DNA from: Isurus oxyrinchus
Taxonomy: Eukaryota
DNA length: 64,000 bases
NCBI GenBank assembly: GCA_026770705.1
Contig: JANJGN010000392.1
Location: 186,001 to 250,000, forward strand
Reading direction: 5' to 3'
Shown: in pieces, positions 38,590 through 54,102 of the stretch
How positions within the stretch are numbered: the first letter of the stretch is position 1
Layout of the letters: every line of letters starts with the position of its first letter
Program-made: the position numbers and the translations under genes
Notes under the pieces: generated by a model
Database searches by the model: none
Told to the model about the DNA's origin: nothing
The model's input: only the letters and a program-made list of their open reading frames with translations

Positions 38590-40500
38590 TTCCATCCTAG
38601 GACTGTGGCTGCAATGTGACCTGGAATTCAGCGCCTCGAGTGGAAGCCACGCTGTACGTCAGTGAACAGCTTATTGCTGAGTAAGTACGACTTGATCGCT
38701 CTGTCCATGACCCCATCCATCCCTCTCCGAATGATCCACCGCAAGCTGAATGAGCGGTGATTGTGTGGCTTGGATTGGATGTGTTTTTTTGTGGACAGGA
38801 CATTGCTGCACACTTGTTTTCCACTTTAGGAAAATTCCAGTCTTCCACTCGTAATGAAAAGTTTGGCTCAGGCAGGGCACCGCTAGATTTGGAGCAGACA
38901 TCTCCTGCACGGCTGCCAGAATTTTATCATGGTCCTTCGCCTTTTCTGTATTCAGTTCCTTCAGTCATTTCCTGTTATTACAAGGAATGCTTTCACTGAG
39001 CTGAAGATTGATATTTCTGATGCAGAGTAAGCCAAAATGTCACTTCTTGCTGAAGGTTGTTGCAAATGATTCAGCCTTATTTTCCTGCGCTGACGTGCTG
39101 GGCGCCTCCGCCATTGTGGTTGAGGGTATTTCTGGAGCCTCATCCTCCACTTTGTTGCTTAATTGTCGGCCATCATTCCCGAATAGAAGTGGCGGGCCTC
39201 CAATGTTTACACATAATCCAATGAATGTGGAATCGCTTACCTCTCTCTTTCACTTAATGCATTTCAAGGTTGCCGTGCAAGTAGCCTTGTGCTGCAGCTT
39301 CACTAGGTTTGCAGCTCATTATTTGCTACGCCTGACACTTGGCCAGGCATTGCCTCGTACACTCTTCATTGAACCTGGTTTGATCACCCTGTCTGTTGGC
39401 AATAGGGAACATCGAAAAAAGGGACCAGATTTGGACATTTGGCACTTCGATTTTGCACTACCAGTCAGTATGATCACGGCTGTTTCTCCAGATAATCGCC
39501 ATCGTCCCACACTATCCCTATACCCTGTGATGCATTTCGAAATCAGAAATCTGCCGATATAATTATTACATATAATCATTGTCTTCACCTGCACTGTCTT
39601 CTCTGGTGGAGAATTCCATAGGCTCAACACCCTCAGTCCTACATAGTGTAACCGTATCCAGGGACTGTGGCCGGTTGTCCAGGCCCCCCAGCCAGAGGAA
39701 ACATCACCCCTGCCCCCAGTCTACCCAACCCTGACAGGATACTATACGTTTCCATTGGATCCCCTCTGATTCTTTTGAACTCCAAAACATACAGTCCTAT
39801 TCAACACAATCTCTCCCCCTACGGAAATCCTGCAATCCCAAGATCAGTCTGGTGAACTTCAAATGTAATCCATGAATGCCTAATTTTCCTTTCTTCTGTT
39901 AGCAGACCAAAATATAACAAAATTGCAAATGTACACTCGCCCAGGCCGTGTACAGCTGCAGTATGTCAACATTGCTCCCGTACTCAAGTCGTTTTTTTGA
40001 AATGAGCTTCAACATACAATTTGCCGTCTTAAATGCTTGCTGCACCTGCATGCTTGGCTTCGGAGATTATCGTACAAGGACAGCCAGGTGATTGTCTTTT
40101 CCACATTCAGCAATCAATGATCAAGTTTGTAATAATTTGACATTTTTTCCCTAAAAAGTGTATAGGTTCACAAGTGTCCCCGGTATACTGCATCTGCCTT
40201 GCATTTGCCAACTATTTCGACTTAACTGAATTGCATTGAAATCTTTTAACATCCTCCTCAACGCTTATATTCCCATCAAGCTTTGTGACGGTAGAAAACT
40301 TGGAACTATTATACGTCGTCACCTCATCCAAATCATTGATAAATAAGGATAATTTTCGGCAACCAAAATCTGAACCTTGCATTACTCCTCTAGTCACTGA
40401 CAGATACTCCGAAAAACGCCTGTTTATTCCTACTTGCTGCCATCCAATTCTCTCTCCGTTACAATATAGTCCACACCAATTCCTCGTTCTTCAATTTTAA
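38590..40500 (-). mobile_element. LINE fragments (CR1/L2 group, then CR1 3' RT), copy A
   Basis: Minus ORFs LWNSPPEKTV, GVMQGSDFG..LFINDLDE..SKF; paralog at 50290-52220. Confidence 0.75.
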
Positions 40501-43095
40501 CACTCAGAACCCTTATAGTGTAATGTGATGAAAACAAGAAACTGTAATGTATTTATTTATTTATTTTTCCTGTGATCTAGAATGCATGCTGTTTGGCGGT
40601 ATAAAAATAATACTTTGCAATAAGAGCTGGAGTAACTGCAAGGCCCTACATCCTTCAGTAAGGCGTGGTTTTGAAATGTTATTGAGCCAAGAAGACATTC
40701 AATCAGATCTTCAGAAAAGCATAACAGCTGAAGCAATTTTGAATTAAACTGTTTTAGTTCAAAGGGGGATATATGCAGGCTGCAAAAAAGTTGTCAGGAA
40801 GGAAGGTTCAATATAGGATAGGTTTACAACATACAAAAAACCCCCTAAAATCTTAACTAGTGAACATTCTAATCGAACCTTGTTGAGACAAGGGAAATCT
40901 TAAAAGGAACGAACGCATTTAAGTAATTACTGAAGCCTATGTGAGAGGGTAGCTAATCATATCCCTTATATAACGTGGGGAAGCTATTCAGAACTCCCAG
41001 AATACAAAGGGTAGTTTGCCAGTTTGGAGTATACTGTGTGAAGAATGCCAGATTGGAAGAATCAATTATCTGTCAGCCTTGGAGGACACACCAAAGAAAA
41101 TGCGCTATGCGGTTAAAATATGTAGAATTGTATAGATTTTATTTCCATAAGGATTATTACTGAACAGAAACGGGGACGATTATTCTGAGAGTGGTTAATT
41201 TAAGATATTGAGGAGCTGTTATAAAATATTGTTGTCCGTGTGAAGACCATTTTATGTTAAAGTTCATTTGTGTTATTTATTCTTTATACTTTTGCAAATT
41301 GTGTATTTCACTGTAAATCTATCACATGTAGTTTGGACTCTGTTTCATGTCTTCCTCTACGATCGAGCATATCGGCAAGCCCATCAATTGTGCCAATAAA
41401 ATTAACTTCATCAAATGCTTTCTGAACATCCATATATACCACGCCCACTGTTTCTCCCTGATCTATTCTGCTAGCTAAAATAACTCAAGTATGTTTGTCA
41501 AATATGACTTTTCTTTCATAAATCCACTTTGAGTCTGTCGAACACTGTTGATAATTTCTAAGTGCCCTATTGTCACATCCTTCACAAGAGAATGCAACCT
41601 TTCCCCTAATGCTGCTGTTAGATTAATTAGACTTTAACCTGCTGTTTTCTCCCTACATCCTTCTTTTATAAATGTATCTGGGTTACATTTTCCATTCTCC
41701 AATCTGTTCCGCGTTCTTCTTCGAAATAGTGTAATTGTTTCATTTCATTCAGCCAGAGCAGGTGACTGAGACCTCTGTTACAGTCAATCCAAATGGCATC
41801 CTTATCAATCTAACCCATATCCTGAGAACAAGTAGATAGGACACGTAAATGCGGTCAATGAGTTTAAATTTCACTTAATGACAACAGTTGAGTTGTGTGA
41901 TTAGAGGGAACATCATTCTCCACTGAATATATTATCAACACACCTTGCCGCACCAACCCCTTGAGCTTGCTAATCCATTGGCAATTTTATCAGAGAACAA
42001 ACAATGATTCATCTCTGACTGAAGAAGTGCAGAATGCCTATAATTCACAGGAAACATGGACTCAATAGATTCCTTCATGACAGAATTAGAGAATTGTTCA
42101 TCTTGTATTGAATGTCTTTTGTCCGTCGGGTATTGGTGTTCTTTAAGGAATGAGTCTCGATGTGCCCTTTCCATGCTTGTTGTCAATGGTTCTACAAATT
42201 GCCCCTGTCAGTATTTAAACACTTCTCTTCTTAAGACTCACCATTGAATCATCTTGCACCATATCCTAAAGTAGAGTATTGCAGCTTCTAAACTCTCTGC
42301 ATTAAAAAATATGCCACTTTTATTCCCCTGATATGGTTTCCCCAATGGCTGTGAACCTACTTATTGTCGTCACGGCTTACAAATGGAGGATGTGCTCTAA
42401 TATTGAGCCCCCTGTTCCCCGAGTAACGGCACGTGTGAAAGGTTTGAACAAACCATCAGATTGCCCGACCTCTACCTCACTTCTTCATTAAGGTTAACAA
42501 AATACGAGCACCAGGATTGTATTTTTGATAACTTAAAAACTGTTAATTGACAACATTTTCTTTAACCAGGAGCAAAATAAATATATAACTGCTAACTTGT
42601 AACACTATAGATTAAACTTTAGCATCTTTTTTAAGGAGTAATCCACAGGTACACGGCCGCACGACACAGTACCCACACATCATGGATATTACGTGAGGGA
42701 TAAAACAGCAGAATAGCACCAACCCAAAGTACAAATTTCAAGCGGTTGATTTTGATCAATGTTTCCCAATTTCCGTTCAGTTCCTTGTTGAAAACACGAG
42801 GTGCTCTTTCAACTGGAAAACCAAGCTGATAGGATGATTATAATGCACAGTGGATGTTTGATTTCATGCTAAATATTCATAAATCACAGTTTGTACCAGG
42901 CTGAGGATTTGTGTCCGATTCACGTCACTATATTTTAGAAAGGATGTGCGAGTATTGGAGATATCACAGGAGGGATGTACTGAATGGTGACAGGAATGAG
43001 TGATTTCAGTTCCATGAGGAGACTGGAGAAGCAGGAATTGTTCTACAATGATCAGTCAAGTTAAAGCGAAATGTGAATAGAGGTCTCCAAATTAA

Positions 43096-46000
43096 GACCA
43101 TAAGACCATAAGACATAGGAGCAGAAATTAGGCCATTCGGCCCATCGTGTCTCCCTCGCCATTCAATCATGGCTGATAGGTTTCTCAACCCCATTCTTCT
43201 GCCTTCGCCCAATAACCTTTGATCCCCTTGCCCATCAAGAACCTACCTATCTCAGTCTTAAATACATGCAATGTTCTGGCCTCCACGGCCTTCTGTGGCG
43301 ATGAATTCCATAGATTCACCACTCTCTGTCTAAATAAGTTTCTCCTCAGTTCTGTTCTAAACGTTCTTCCCTTTTCTCTGCGGCTTTGCCCTTGGGTCCT
43401 GGTCTCCCCTACTAATGGAATCATCTGCCCACGTCAACTCTATCCAATCCTTTCAATATTCTGTAAGTTTCATTCAGATCACCACTCATCCTTCTAAAAT
43501 CCATCTAGATTGGACACAGAGTCCTCAGACTTTCCTCATATGTTAAGCCTTGCATTCCTGGGATTGTTCCCGTGAACCTCTTTTGCTCCTTCTCCAGGGT
43601 CAGGAAATCCTTCCTGAGATACGGGGCCCAAAATTGCTCACTATACTCTAATTGTGGTCTGACAGCTTGATGAAGCCTCAGTAGCAAATCCCTGCTTCTA
43701 TATTCTAGTCCTTTCGAAATGAATGCCAACACTGCTTTTGCCTTCCTAACTACCATCTCAACCATCAAGATAACCTGAGGAGAATCCTGGACCCCCAAGT
43801 CCCTTTGCACTCCAGATTTCTGAATTCTCTCCCCATTTAGAACCTAGTTTATGCCTCTATTATTCCTAACAAAATGCATGACCACACACTTACCCAAGTT
43901 GTATTCCAACTACCACTAGTTTGCGCATGCTCCAAACATGTCCAAATCATTCTGCAGCCGCCCCGCCTCCTCGAAAGTACTGGTCTCTCCACCTGATTTT
44001 GTATCATTTGCAAACTTTGTCAGGATGCCCTCAGTTCCTTCATCTAGATCAATAATGTATAAAGTCAAAAGTCGTGCTCCCAACACTGTCCCCTATGGGA
44101 CTCCACTAGTCACTGGCCGCCATCCTGAGAGGGATCGCCTTATCACCACTCTCTGCCTCCTGCCAGACAGCCAATCTTCTATCCATTCTAGTACCTTGCC
44201 TCTAACACCATGGGCTCTGATCTCACAGAACTGCCACCTGTGCGGCACCTTTTCATAGGCCCTCTGGAAATCCAAGTAGATAACATGCATTGACTATCCT
44301 TTGTCTAACCTACTCGTTACCCCCTCAAAGAATTCTAACAGACTTTTCGGGCATGACCTCCCATTCATAAAACCATTCAGACTTTTCCCTATTTCATCAA
44401 GCACTTCAAAGTATTCTGAAATTGCATCCTTAATAATTGAGTTAAAAATCTTACCAACGACCGAGTTGAGGCAAACTGGCCTGTAATCTGCCGTCTTTTG
44501 CCTCATTCCATTAGTAGACCGGTGGTTACATTAACGATTTTGAAGTCCTCTGGGATCCTCCCTGACTCCAGTGATTCCTGAAAGATCACCACTAACATCT
44601 CCTATATCGCTTCAGCTATCTCCTTCAGAACTTTGGGGTGTAATCCTTCTGTCCCATGGGATTTATCCATCTTGAGACCTTTCTGAGGTTCTGGGTTTTC
44701 CTAGCGCCTTTTCCTTAGTAATGGTCACCATACTCACCTCTGCCTCTCGACTCTCTTGAAATTTGGGGATGTCACTCATGTCTTCCACTGTGAGGACTGA
44801 TGCAAAGTAGCTATTCAGTTCCTCTGCCATTTCTTTGTTCCCCACTACTATTTCTCCAGCGTCATATTCCAGTGGCCCTATGTCCCCTTTTGCCTCTCTA
44901 TAATCATTCATATTTCTAAAAAAAAACTATTGTCACCTTATTTTATATAACTGGCTAGTTTACCCTTGTATTTAATCTTCTGCCTCCTTATTTAATTTTT
45001 ACTTGTCCTCCATTGGTCTTTACAGCCTTCCCAATCTCTTTGTTTCCCACTGCTCATCGCCGCATTGTGTGTTTTCTCTTTAGCTTTAATGCTTTCCTCG
45101 ACTTCCCTTATCAGCCATGGTTGCCTTGTACTCCCTGTAGTATGCTTCTTCTTCCTAGGGATGAATTTTTGCTGTGCCTCCGAAATTACTCCCAGAAACT
45201 CCTGCCGTTGCTGTTCCACTGTCTTTTCTGCTAGGCCCATCTACCTGTCAATTCTGGCCAGCTCCACCCTCATGCCATGTAGTTGCCTTTGTTCAACAGT
45301 AATAACGTCACCTATGATTCCAGATTTTTCCTCTCAAATTGCAGGATAAGTTCAATCATATTATGGTCACTTCCTCCTAAGGGTTGCTTCAACTTAATCT
45401 CCCTTCTCAATCTGCCTCATTATGCATCACTAAGTCTAGAATTGCCTGAACCCTAGTGGGCTCCACCACAAGCTGCTCCAAAAAGCCATCTCGTAGATAT
45501 TCTACAAATTCCTTTTCTTGGGATCCACTACCAACCTGATTTTTCCAGTCTACCTGCATTTTGAAATCCCCCATAATCACTGTAACCTACCTTTCTTAAA
45601 TGCCTTTTCTTTCTCCTGGTGTATCTTGGCCCCACATCCTGACTACTGTTCGGTGGCCTTTACATAACTCCCATCATGTTTTTTTTTTACCTTTACATTA
45701 CTCACCTCTACCACCCAGATTCTACATCATCTCACCAATCGTCATTTCTTCATATCTATTTAATTTCATTTCTTACTATCAAAAATATCCCACCCTCTCT
45801 GCCAATCTGCCGATCTTTTTGATAGGACTTATATCCTTCAATATTTGCCTCTTTGTCCTGAGCCTCTTGCAGCCATGTCTCGGTGATGCCCAGCACATCA
45901 GACTTGCCAATTTCAATCTACACCACAAGCTCATTTTTCTTTATTCGTATACTGTCAGCATTCAGATACAGCACCTTCAGTCTTATATTTCCGGTCCCCT

Positions 46001-46200
46001 TTTACATGGTCGTCACTTTATCTGATGTGCTTGAAGTAAGATCCCTTACCCTTTCCAAACGCTCTGTCCTACGTCGTTTTCTGTGGACTTTAATAGCCTC
46101 CGCTGGGCTCTCTATTCCTTTCAGTTTTTTTCCTTCATAATTTTCCATGAAGTTGAATCCTTCACCCCACACGCTAGCCTGCTGCTTTGTTTACCACAAG
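43096..46200 (-). mobile_element. CR1 LINE, near-complete ORF2 relic (paralog of the ERV host)
   Basis: YRPVCLNSVVGKI, YLDFQRAYEKVPH, WRPVTSGVP, RPQLEYSEQFWAPYL; (gaccataa)n tail. Confidence 0.92.
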
Positions 46201-46649
46201 AGCAGTTTAAAGAAAGTAATGAGTATTTTTTATTCTCTGGAACAAGAAATAGTAACACGATTTACAGTAATTGGTAAAAGTGATCGAGGGGACACGAAGA
46301 TAAAACTGATTGTACAGAGCTGTTAGAATCTGGAATATACAGTCTGAATAGATGTTGGGAGCTGATACAACCGTGAGTTTAAAAACAGAACTGGATAAAT
46401 ATTGGCACTATTGGAGCGGAGTGATTTGCAGGGCTATACTAAAGCAGGACTGAAGAAGGAGAATATATCCTCGAAATCACACAGAGACGATAAACCAAAT
46501 GGAGTCCATTGAAACTGGAGCAGACTCCGATATTGTGCTAACAGACTAATTGAGGCCATCTCGGGGAATTTATATTGTTGAACAAAGGAATAGATCACCA
46601 ACTAAATACAATTGTTTGTTCTGCCTTGACAACAGAGAACAGAGAAAAC

Positions 46650-48125
46650 ATAATAATACTGTTAGGGAAGACAGGGTTTAGCGAGAGGCAGGGACTGAAG
46701 AAGTCAGTTTTAGTAGGGGAATGGTGTTGGCAAAATTGACTGTTTTTAAGGGCGGTAGATCCGGACTAATACACCATTCAGAATGGCGTTCGTAGTGGGG
46801 TTAATTCTGGAGTGCATTATAAAAGACTTAGTATCTGAATATTTGGAAAACAGTGGCAGAATCGGAGATAGGCAGCATGGATTTACATTGACAAATCTAC
46901 TGGAATTTTACAATGATGTCACTATTAGAGTTTATGCCGGGGAGCCAATGGATTTGATTTATTTGGATTTTCAGAGGACTTTCAACAGAAATCCAACATT
47001 TGATATTAGCGTTTAACATGAAAACGCATGCGATTGAAGATCTTTGAGATTGATAGAAAACTGGTTTGTAGACAGGAAAAACACGAGTAAGAATAACTTG
47101 TTTTTTTTTCTGAATAGCAAGCAGTACCTAATTGGTACTGCAGGAATAAGTGCTGTGACCCCACCTAATAACACACTGTATGAATTATTTAGATGAGTAA
47201 AGTACATATAATGCCTACAAAATTTCAGATGTCACAAAGCTGGGTGGAAGGTTGAGCTGCGAGAAGGGTGCATAGATGCTTCAATTTGGTTTGGACAAGC
47301 TGAGTGAGTGGCCTAATGCATTGCAGATGCAGCATTGCCGGTGTAAGTATGAAGGTCGCTTTGTTTGCAAAAACAAGAATGGCTATGAAAAAGAGCGGCT
47401 AATGTACAACGAGACCTGGGTGTTGTCGCACAGCAGACCCTTAAGCTAAGAATGCAAGTGCGGCGGGGGTAATGAATTAAATGATATGATGGTATTTTGG
47501 CCTGCAATCCATGAGGATTAGAATACAGGAGCAGGGATATCTTGCAACAATAATACAAGGCCTCGTTGAGACTACACATGTAACATTTTGCGCAGATTTG
47601 GTGCCCTTATCTGAGGAAGATTATTCTTGCTATGGAGGGAGTGCAGCGAAATTTTACCACACTGATTCCCGGGATAGTGGTAATGATTTTGTTAAACACA
47701 TTGAGACATTTCGGATTATATTCGCTTGAGTTCAGAAAAATGAGTGGGAGTCTCACAGAAACCAATACAATTCTAAGAGGACCAGACAGGGTAGATGCAG
47801 CAAGTCTGTTCCCGATGTTGGGGGAGTACAGAACCAAAGGTCTGATGATGGGAGTCAGATTATATATGGCCGAGATGAGGAGAAAACTCCTCTCTCAAAG
47901 AGTGGTGAGCCTTTGGAATTCGATACCACAGAAAGTAGTTGAGGCAAATACATTGTATTGTTTCATGAAAGAGTTAGATATACTTCTTGGGGCAAAATGG
48001 ATCGAAGGTTATGGGGAAAAAGCGGGAGCAGACTATTGAGGCAGATGATCAGTCATGATCGTAATGAATGGCGAAGCAGGCCTGAAGGGTTTAACGGCCT
48101 ATTCCTGCTCCTGTTTTCTATGTTT
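46650..48125 (+). mobile_element. Decayed CR1, duplication copy B
   Basis: RQHGF..TNLLEFY..YLDFQ; MEGVQRNFT..SLWNSIPQKVVEA. Confidence 0.9.
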
Positions 48126-49854
48126 TTCGAAATGCCAAATATATTATAGATGTTTCAGGAGTTTTTGCTGCACTGTTTAATCTTTCCTTACTCTCTGATA
48201 AAGGGGAAGCAAAGAAGACGGTGCAAGAGGTTGCTGAGTCAAGTTGTGTTGACGGTGTGTTCGGTGGAGAATGATCTTCCACCCTGACCTTAGAGTTCAC
48301 CTGGCTTTATTTATTAAATCATAAACTCATAGATCTCATTTCTGTTTTCCGTCTGTTGTTGAAATATAATGCGTGACAGTGAAAAGGATTGACGGTGTCC
48401 GTCGTCTCTGATGCCTACTCTGGCTGATGTAAAAAAGCACTATAAAACTCTCTCGAAGAAGAGGATGGTGCCCTGGTAAAAAATCACCCCCTCCCCACGA
48501 CAGTTACTAAATTAAAATTCGATGAAAACCAAGACCAATAATGATGATTACACAAAAGCTGATTAACATTTAAAGAAAAACAACATTTCACTATTAATTT
48601 TCTTTCAGGGAAGCAAACCTTCTGCCATGGCTTGGTCTGGCTTTCATGTGAATCCAGGTCCGCTGCGATGTGGTTGACTCATCAAAGACCTAGGAACAGG
48701 TCAAACAGATCAATAATTGCTGAATAAAGGAAGATAGTTTTGTTTACTGGAAGTCAGTAATCTGAGCTCGTGGACATCACTGTCTGTGTCCCTCTGGGCA
48801 TTGTGATGTCTCAACCAATTTCAGCTGCTTTATCAATAACTTTCCCTCCATGATAGGTCAGCAGTGGCGATGTTCACTGAAAATAGGGCAATGATCAGCA
48901 ACATTCAAAACTCCTCAAATACTAAAATTGTTCATGTCCAAATGCAGCAAAACCTGAATGTAATCCACGTGCAAAATGTCTGCATGAGGGAGCTGGGACT
49001 TGGCATCAAGAGAGCGAGAAGCATCTACTGCTGTCAGCCATCATTGTTATTTTCCGGGGATAATGAGCAGCACTACAATCGTGAAAATTCAGCAACAGAT
49101 ACTATTGCCCTTTCTCCATGACGGAGCTACACAAATGATAATGATCTTAACAATTGTTATTAAATTTCACTGCTACGTTTCTAGAATAACAAATTATTGT
49201 TTAAGTAATTAAATGCACATAATGAATAAACACCGCTATCTACACAGTAGCAAAAGTAAAAAAAAACAACAAAAAATGAGCCGTTATTGGCACAATTATT
49301 TGTGAACAAGCATTATCAATGAAAAGCTCAGAAGAAGAGTCAAACAGGCTCGAAGCGATATATATCCTTATCTTCACTGATGCTGCCAGGCATACCGAAT
49401 TTTGTTCGAATGATTTCTATTTCTGTTAGTATAATGTCTTATGCACGCACATGCATACAAAAAGTAAATACATGGAGACGTTTAGTAATTAACGAATGCA
49501 ACACCGTGGAGTCCAGTGATTGCCTCCTATTAGGTGAATTAAAAGTGATCACTGCGCCTCTACGCCTGTGGAGGGGTAAATTATGTGTGTCGCTCCACAG
49601 ATGCTTAAAAGGTTCGTACTAAGGCCTCAGCTGCGTAGTTTGGCTGAACAGAGTCCCTAATTCTGCTCAACGTTTATAGCAATCGATATGTCTGAACAAA
49701 AGCACTTTATGTGTATTGTTGTTTGTATGTGTGCAAATAAACAGTTGAATATTTTTCTATTTTCATGTCAGTGAAGTTTATGAAAATGTTTCATATAAGA
49801 TTTGTGAAGCTCCATCAGAGAGACAAGGCTGGAGTATGCTTGCTTTCCTTCCAG

Positions 49855-50154
49855 ACTTTGCTGCCTCCAGCTCAGAACATTACCGCTGCACCATGATAAT
49901 GATTGCATACACATTTACATGTTAATGACTCTCCTGTGGCTGAGTCCCTTCGCCCGGCTGCAGCCATTTTGTATATTAATCGGTATAGGCACGCTGGCTG
50001 CATTGTTACTTACCACTTGGAAACACAAGAGCGAATGATGTACAGCTCTTGATGCACATGAGCACAGACTGCTACTCTATCCACGGAGTTACCAATGATG
50101 TTGAGCACTATGCATCTCCATCCACAAATCTCTCTTCAATAATTATGATGGAAG
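49855..50154 (+). pseudogene. Candidate decayed single-domain exon, copy B
   Basis: ttccttccAG acceptor, G|GTATGT donor, 300 nt; LLPPAQNIT...YASPSTNLSSIIMMEG. Confidence 0.3.
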
Positions 50155-53100
50155 GTATGTCACTGATGAAACAATTGAAGATTGCTGGCAATTGGACATT
50201 TCTCTGAGAATAACATGCAAATAAACCCATGCCGGAGATGTGTGACCTGCAAATACTAACAACATCTTCAGTTCTTATTTCCATTTGAGGTCTGTGCCTG
50301 CAATGGGGCCTGGAATTAAGCGTCTCTGGTGGAAGCCACGCTGTCCATCAGTGAACAGCTTATTGCTAAGTAAGTGCGACTAGATCGAAATGTCCATGAC
50401 CAGACCCATCCCTTTCCAAATGATCGACAGCAGGCTGAAGGAACGGTTATTGTCCAGCTTCGGTAGGATATCTGTTTTGTAGACAGGACATTGTTGCACA
50501 GATTTTTTCCACATTAGGAAGATTCCATTCTTCAAATTGTAATGAAAAGCTTGGCTCTGGCTGTGCACGGCTAGATCTGGAGCCTACATCTCCTGCAGGG
50601 CCGTCACAGTGTTATCATGGTCCTTTGCCTTTTCTGCATCCAGTTCCTTCAGTCATTTCCTGTTATTACATGGAGTCTATTGAATTAGCTGAAGATTGAC
50701 ATTTCTGATGAGGGGGGCCTCCAGACTAGGCCAAAATGTCAATTCTTGCTGAAGGTTGTTGCAAATAATATGCCTCATTTTCTTGCGCTGACGTGCTGGG
50801 CTCCTCAGCCATCGTGGATGCGGGTACTTATGGAGAATCCTCCTGCAATTAGTTGTTTAATTGTCCTCCATTATTCACGAATAGAAGTGGTAGGCCTGCA
50901 TTCATCCAGTGAATGGAGAATCCATTTCCTCTGTGTTTTATTCATGCTTTTGATGTTTGTCACACAAGTAGCCTTGTGTTGTACCTTCACCAGGTTTGCA
51001 GCTCATTATTTGCTACGCCTGATACTTGGCCAGACATTCCCTCGAACACTCTTCATTTTACCTGGTTTGATCAACAGTGTTGTCGGCAATAGAGAACATC
51101 AAAAACATCCAAAAAGGGACAAGAATTGGAAATTCGTTTCTTCATTGTTACACTGCCAATCAGTATGATAATGGCTGTTCCTCCATATACACCCTATTGT
51201 CCCATAATATCCCTATGCCCTTTGATGCCTTTCGAAATCAGAAATCTGTCAATATAATTATTACATATGATCAGTTTCTTCTTCTGTACTGTCTTCTCTG
51301 GTGGAAAATTCCATTGGTTCAAAACCCTCCGAGAGATTAATATTATCCTCATCACAGTCCTACATGGTGTACTCGTATCCAGGGACTGTGACCGGTTGTC
51401 CAGGCAGCCCAGCCAGAGGAAACATCACCCCTGCACCCAGTCTACCCAACCAGGACAGGATACTATAAGTTTCAGTTGGATCCCCTCTGAGTCTTCTGAA
51501 CTCCAAAACATACAGTCATATTCAACACAATCTCTCCCACTACGAAAATCCTGCGATCCCAGGATCAGTCAGTTGAACATGCATTGCAATACTTCTATGC
51601 AATTTTTTTCTTTTTTTATGTTAGAAGAACAAAGCTGAACTCAAAACTGCAGGTGTGCACTCGCGAAGGCCGTGGACAACTACAATAAGACATCCTTGCT
51701 CCAGTACATTTTTTTTTGGTCAGGAGGTTCAACATACAATTTGCCTTCTTAACTGTTTGCTGCACCTGCATGTTTGGTTTTTGGAGATTATCGTACAAGG
51801 ACAACCAAATGAATTTATTCTCCACATTCAGCAAACAATCATTATTTAAATTATAATCTGACATTCTGTTGTTCCAACAAAGTGGATAAATTCACGTATC
51901 CCCGTTAAACTACATCTGCAATGTATTTGCTCACTAATTCAACTTATCTGAATTGCGTTGAAATCTTTTAACATCCTGCTCATCGCTTATATTCGCATCA
52001 AGCTTTGTGTTCGCATCAAATTTGGAACTACTTTATGCCGTCCCCTCATACAAATCATTGATAAGTAAGGAAAATGGTTGGGACCCAATCTCAGAACCCT
52101 GCCGTACGCCTTTAGCCACCGCCTCACACTCCAAAAAACGCCTCTGCATTCCGACTCGCTGCTATCCAATTCACTATCCGTTACAATATAGTACACACAA
52201 ATTTGTCGTTCTTCAATTTTAACACAGAAACCCCGTATAAGGAAATGTCAAGAAAACAAGGAACTGTAATATATTTTCATTATTTTTTCCCGTCATCTAG
52301 AATTCAGGCTGTTTGTGGGTATAACAATAATACTTGGCAATAAGAGCTGGAGTAACTGCAAGGCCCTAAGCCACACAGTAAAAATTGGCTTTGATATGTC
52401 ATTGAGCCAAAAAGACCTTCAATCAGAGATGAAAAAGAAACATAAAAAGAGCAGAGGTAATTTTGAAGTAAGTTGTTTTTGTGCAGAGGGGGCATATGCA
52501 GGTTGCAAACAAGATGTCAGGAAAGAAGGTTCAAGACAGAATCGGTTTACAATATTGACAAAAAAACCTAAGAGCTAAACATGTGAAAAGTCTAATCGAA
52601 CCTTGGAAGAAAAAACAACTAAAGATACTTGTTGAGCCAATGGAAATTGCAAAAGGAAGGAACACATTAAAGTAATTCCTGAAGCTTTTGTGAGAGGGTA
52701 CCTGGTCAGGTCTCTAGAAGCCGTGGGGAAGCTGGTCAGATCTCCCAGAATACAAAGGGTAGCTTGGCAGTTTTTGCTAATACTGTGTGAAGGCCAGATT
52801 GGAAGAACCAATAATCCGTCAGCCTTGGAGGCCACCCTAAAGAAAAATGCACTCCGTGGTAAAACCAGTGCCATTATACAGATTTTCTTTATATCAGGAT
52901 TGTTGCTCAGCACAAAATGGGACGTTGAATTCTCAGGGTAGTTATGCTAAGACCTTTTGGAGCTCTTAGATAATATTGTTTTATGTGTGAAGACAATTTT
53001 GTGTTAAAGGTCAATTGTGTGTTTTATTCTTTATACTTTTAAAAGGTGTGTATTTCACTGTAACTTTTGTCACATGTAGTTTGCCATCTGTTTCAAGTCT

Positions 53101-54102
53101 TCCTCTACGATTGAGCATCTCGGCATGCCCATCGATTGTGCCATAACCGTAACTTATTCAAACGCTTTCTGAACATCCATGTACCCATTGGTTCTACCAG
53201 ATATATTCCACTAGCCCAAAGAACTCCAGCATGTTTGTCAAATATGATTTCCCTTTCATAAATCCACTTTGAGTCTGTCGAACCCTACTGATAATTGCTA
53301 AGTGTCCTGTTTTCATATCCGTCACAATAGAGTACAGCTTTTCCCCGAATAGTGAGATTAGTTTAACTGGACTCTAATATGCCATTTTATCCCTATGTCT
53401 TTCTTTTATACATATATTTAGGTTACATTTTCCATTCCCCAATCTGTTTCGGGCTATTCTTCGAAATAGTGTTATTGTTTCTTTTCATTCAGCCCGAGCA
53501 GGCAACTGAGCCCTCAGTTACAGTCAATCCAAAAGGCATCCTTGTCAATGTGACCCATATCCTGAGAACAATTAGACACAAAACATGAATTGCGTCAATG
53601 AGTTTAAATTTCACTGAATGACATCTGATGAGTTCTGTGATCATATGGAACCACATTCTCCACTGAAAATATTGTCAAAACTCCTTGCCGCACCAACCCC
53701 TTCTGCTAGCTGAACCGTTGATACTTTTATCAGAGAACAAGCTACGATTAACCTCTGACTGAAGGACTGCAGAATGTCTATAGTTCACAGGAAGCACAGA
53801 CTCAATGGATTCTTTAATGACCTAATCGGAGAATCATTCATGTTGTGTTGATTACTATTTCTCCAACTTGAATTTGTGTTCTTTTAAGAATGAGTCTATA
53901 TTTTCCCTTCTTTGCTTGTTGTCCATTTCTCTGCAAATCCCCCGACCGTATTTATCCAGTTCTCTTTTTGAGACTCAATATTGAAGCATCTTGCACCATA
54001 TCTTAAAGCAGAATATTCCAGATGTTAACAGCCATGCATTAAAAAATGATGCTACTTTTATTCCCATGAGATTGTTTCACCAATTGCTGTGAAACTAATT
54101 TT

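Larger units (their letters stand above)
21066..42810 (+). repeat. Tandem segmental duplication, copy A (contains the 9-kb ERV)
   Basis: Collinear similarity to 42805-54553, including the identical element junction aggtctccaaattaagaccataag at 21376 and 43081. Confidence 0.85.

Noticed and set aside
39008-39562. 184-aa plus-strand ORF as a host gene
   Set aside because: Antisense to LINE fragments; no domain features; not preserved intact in the paralog
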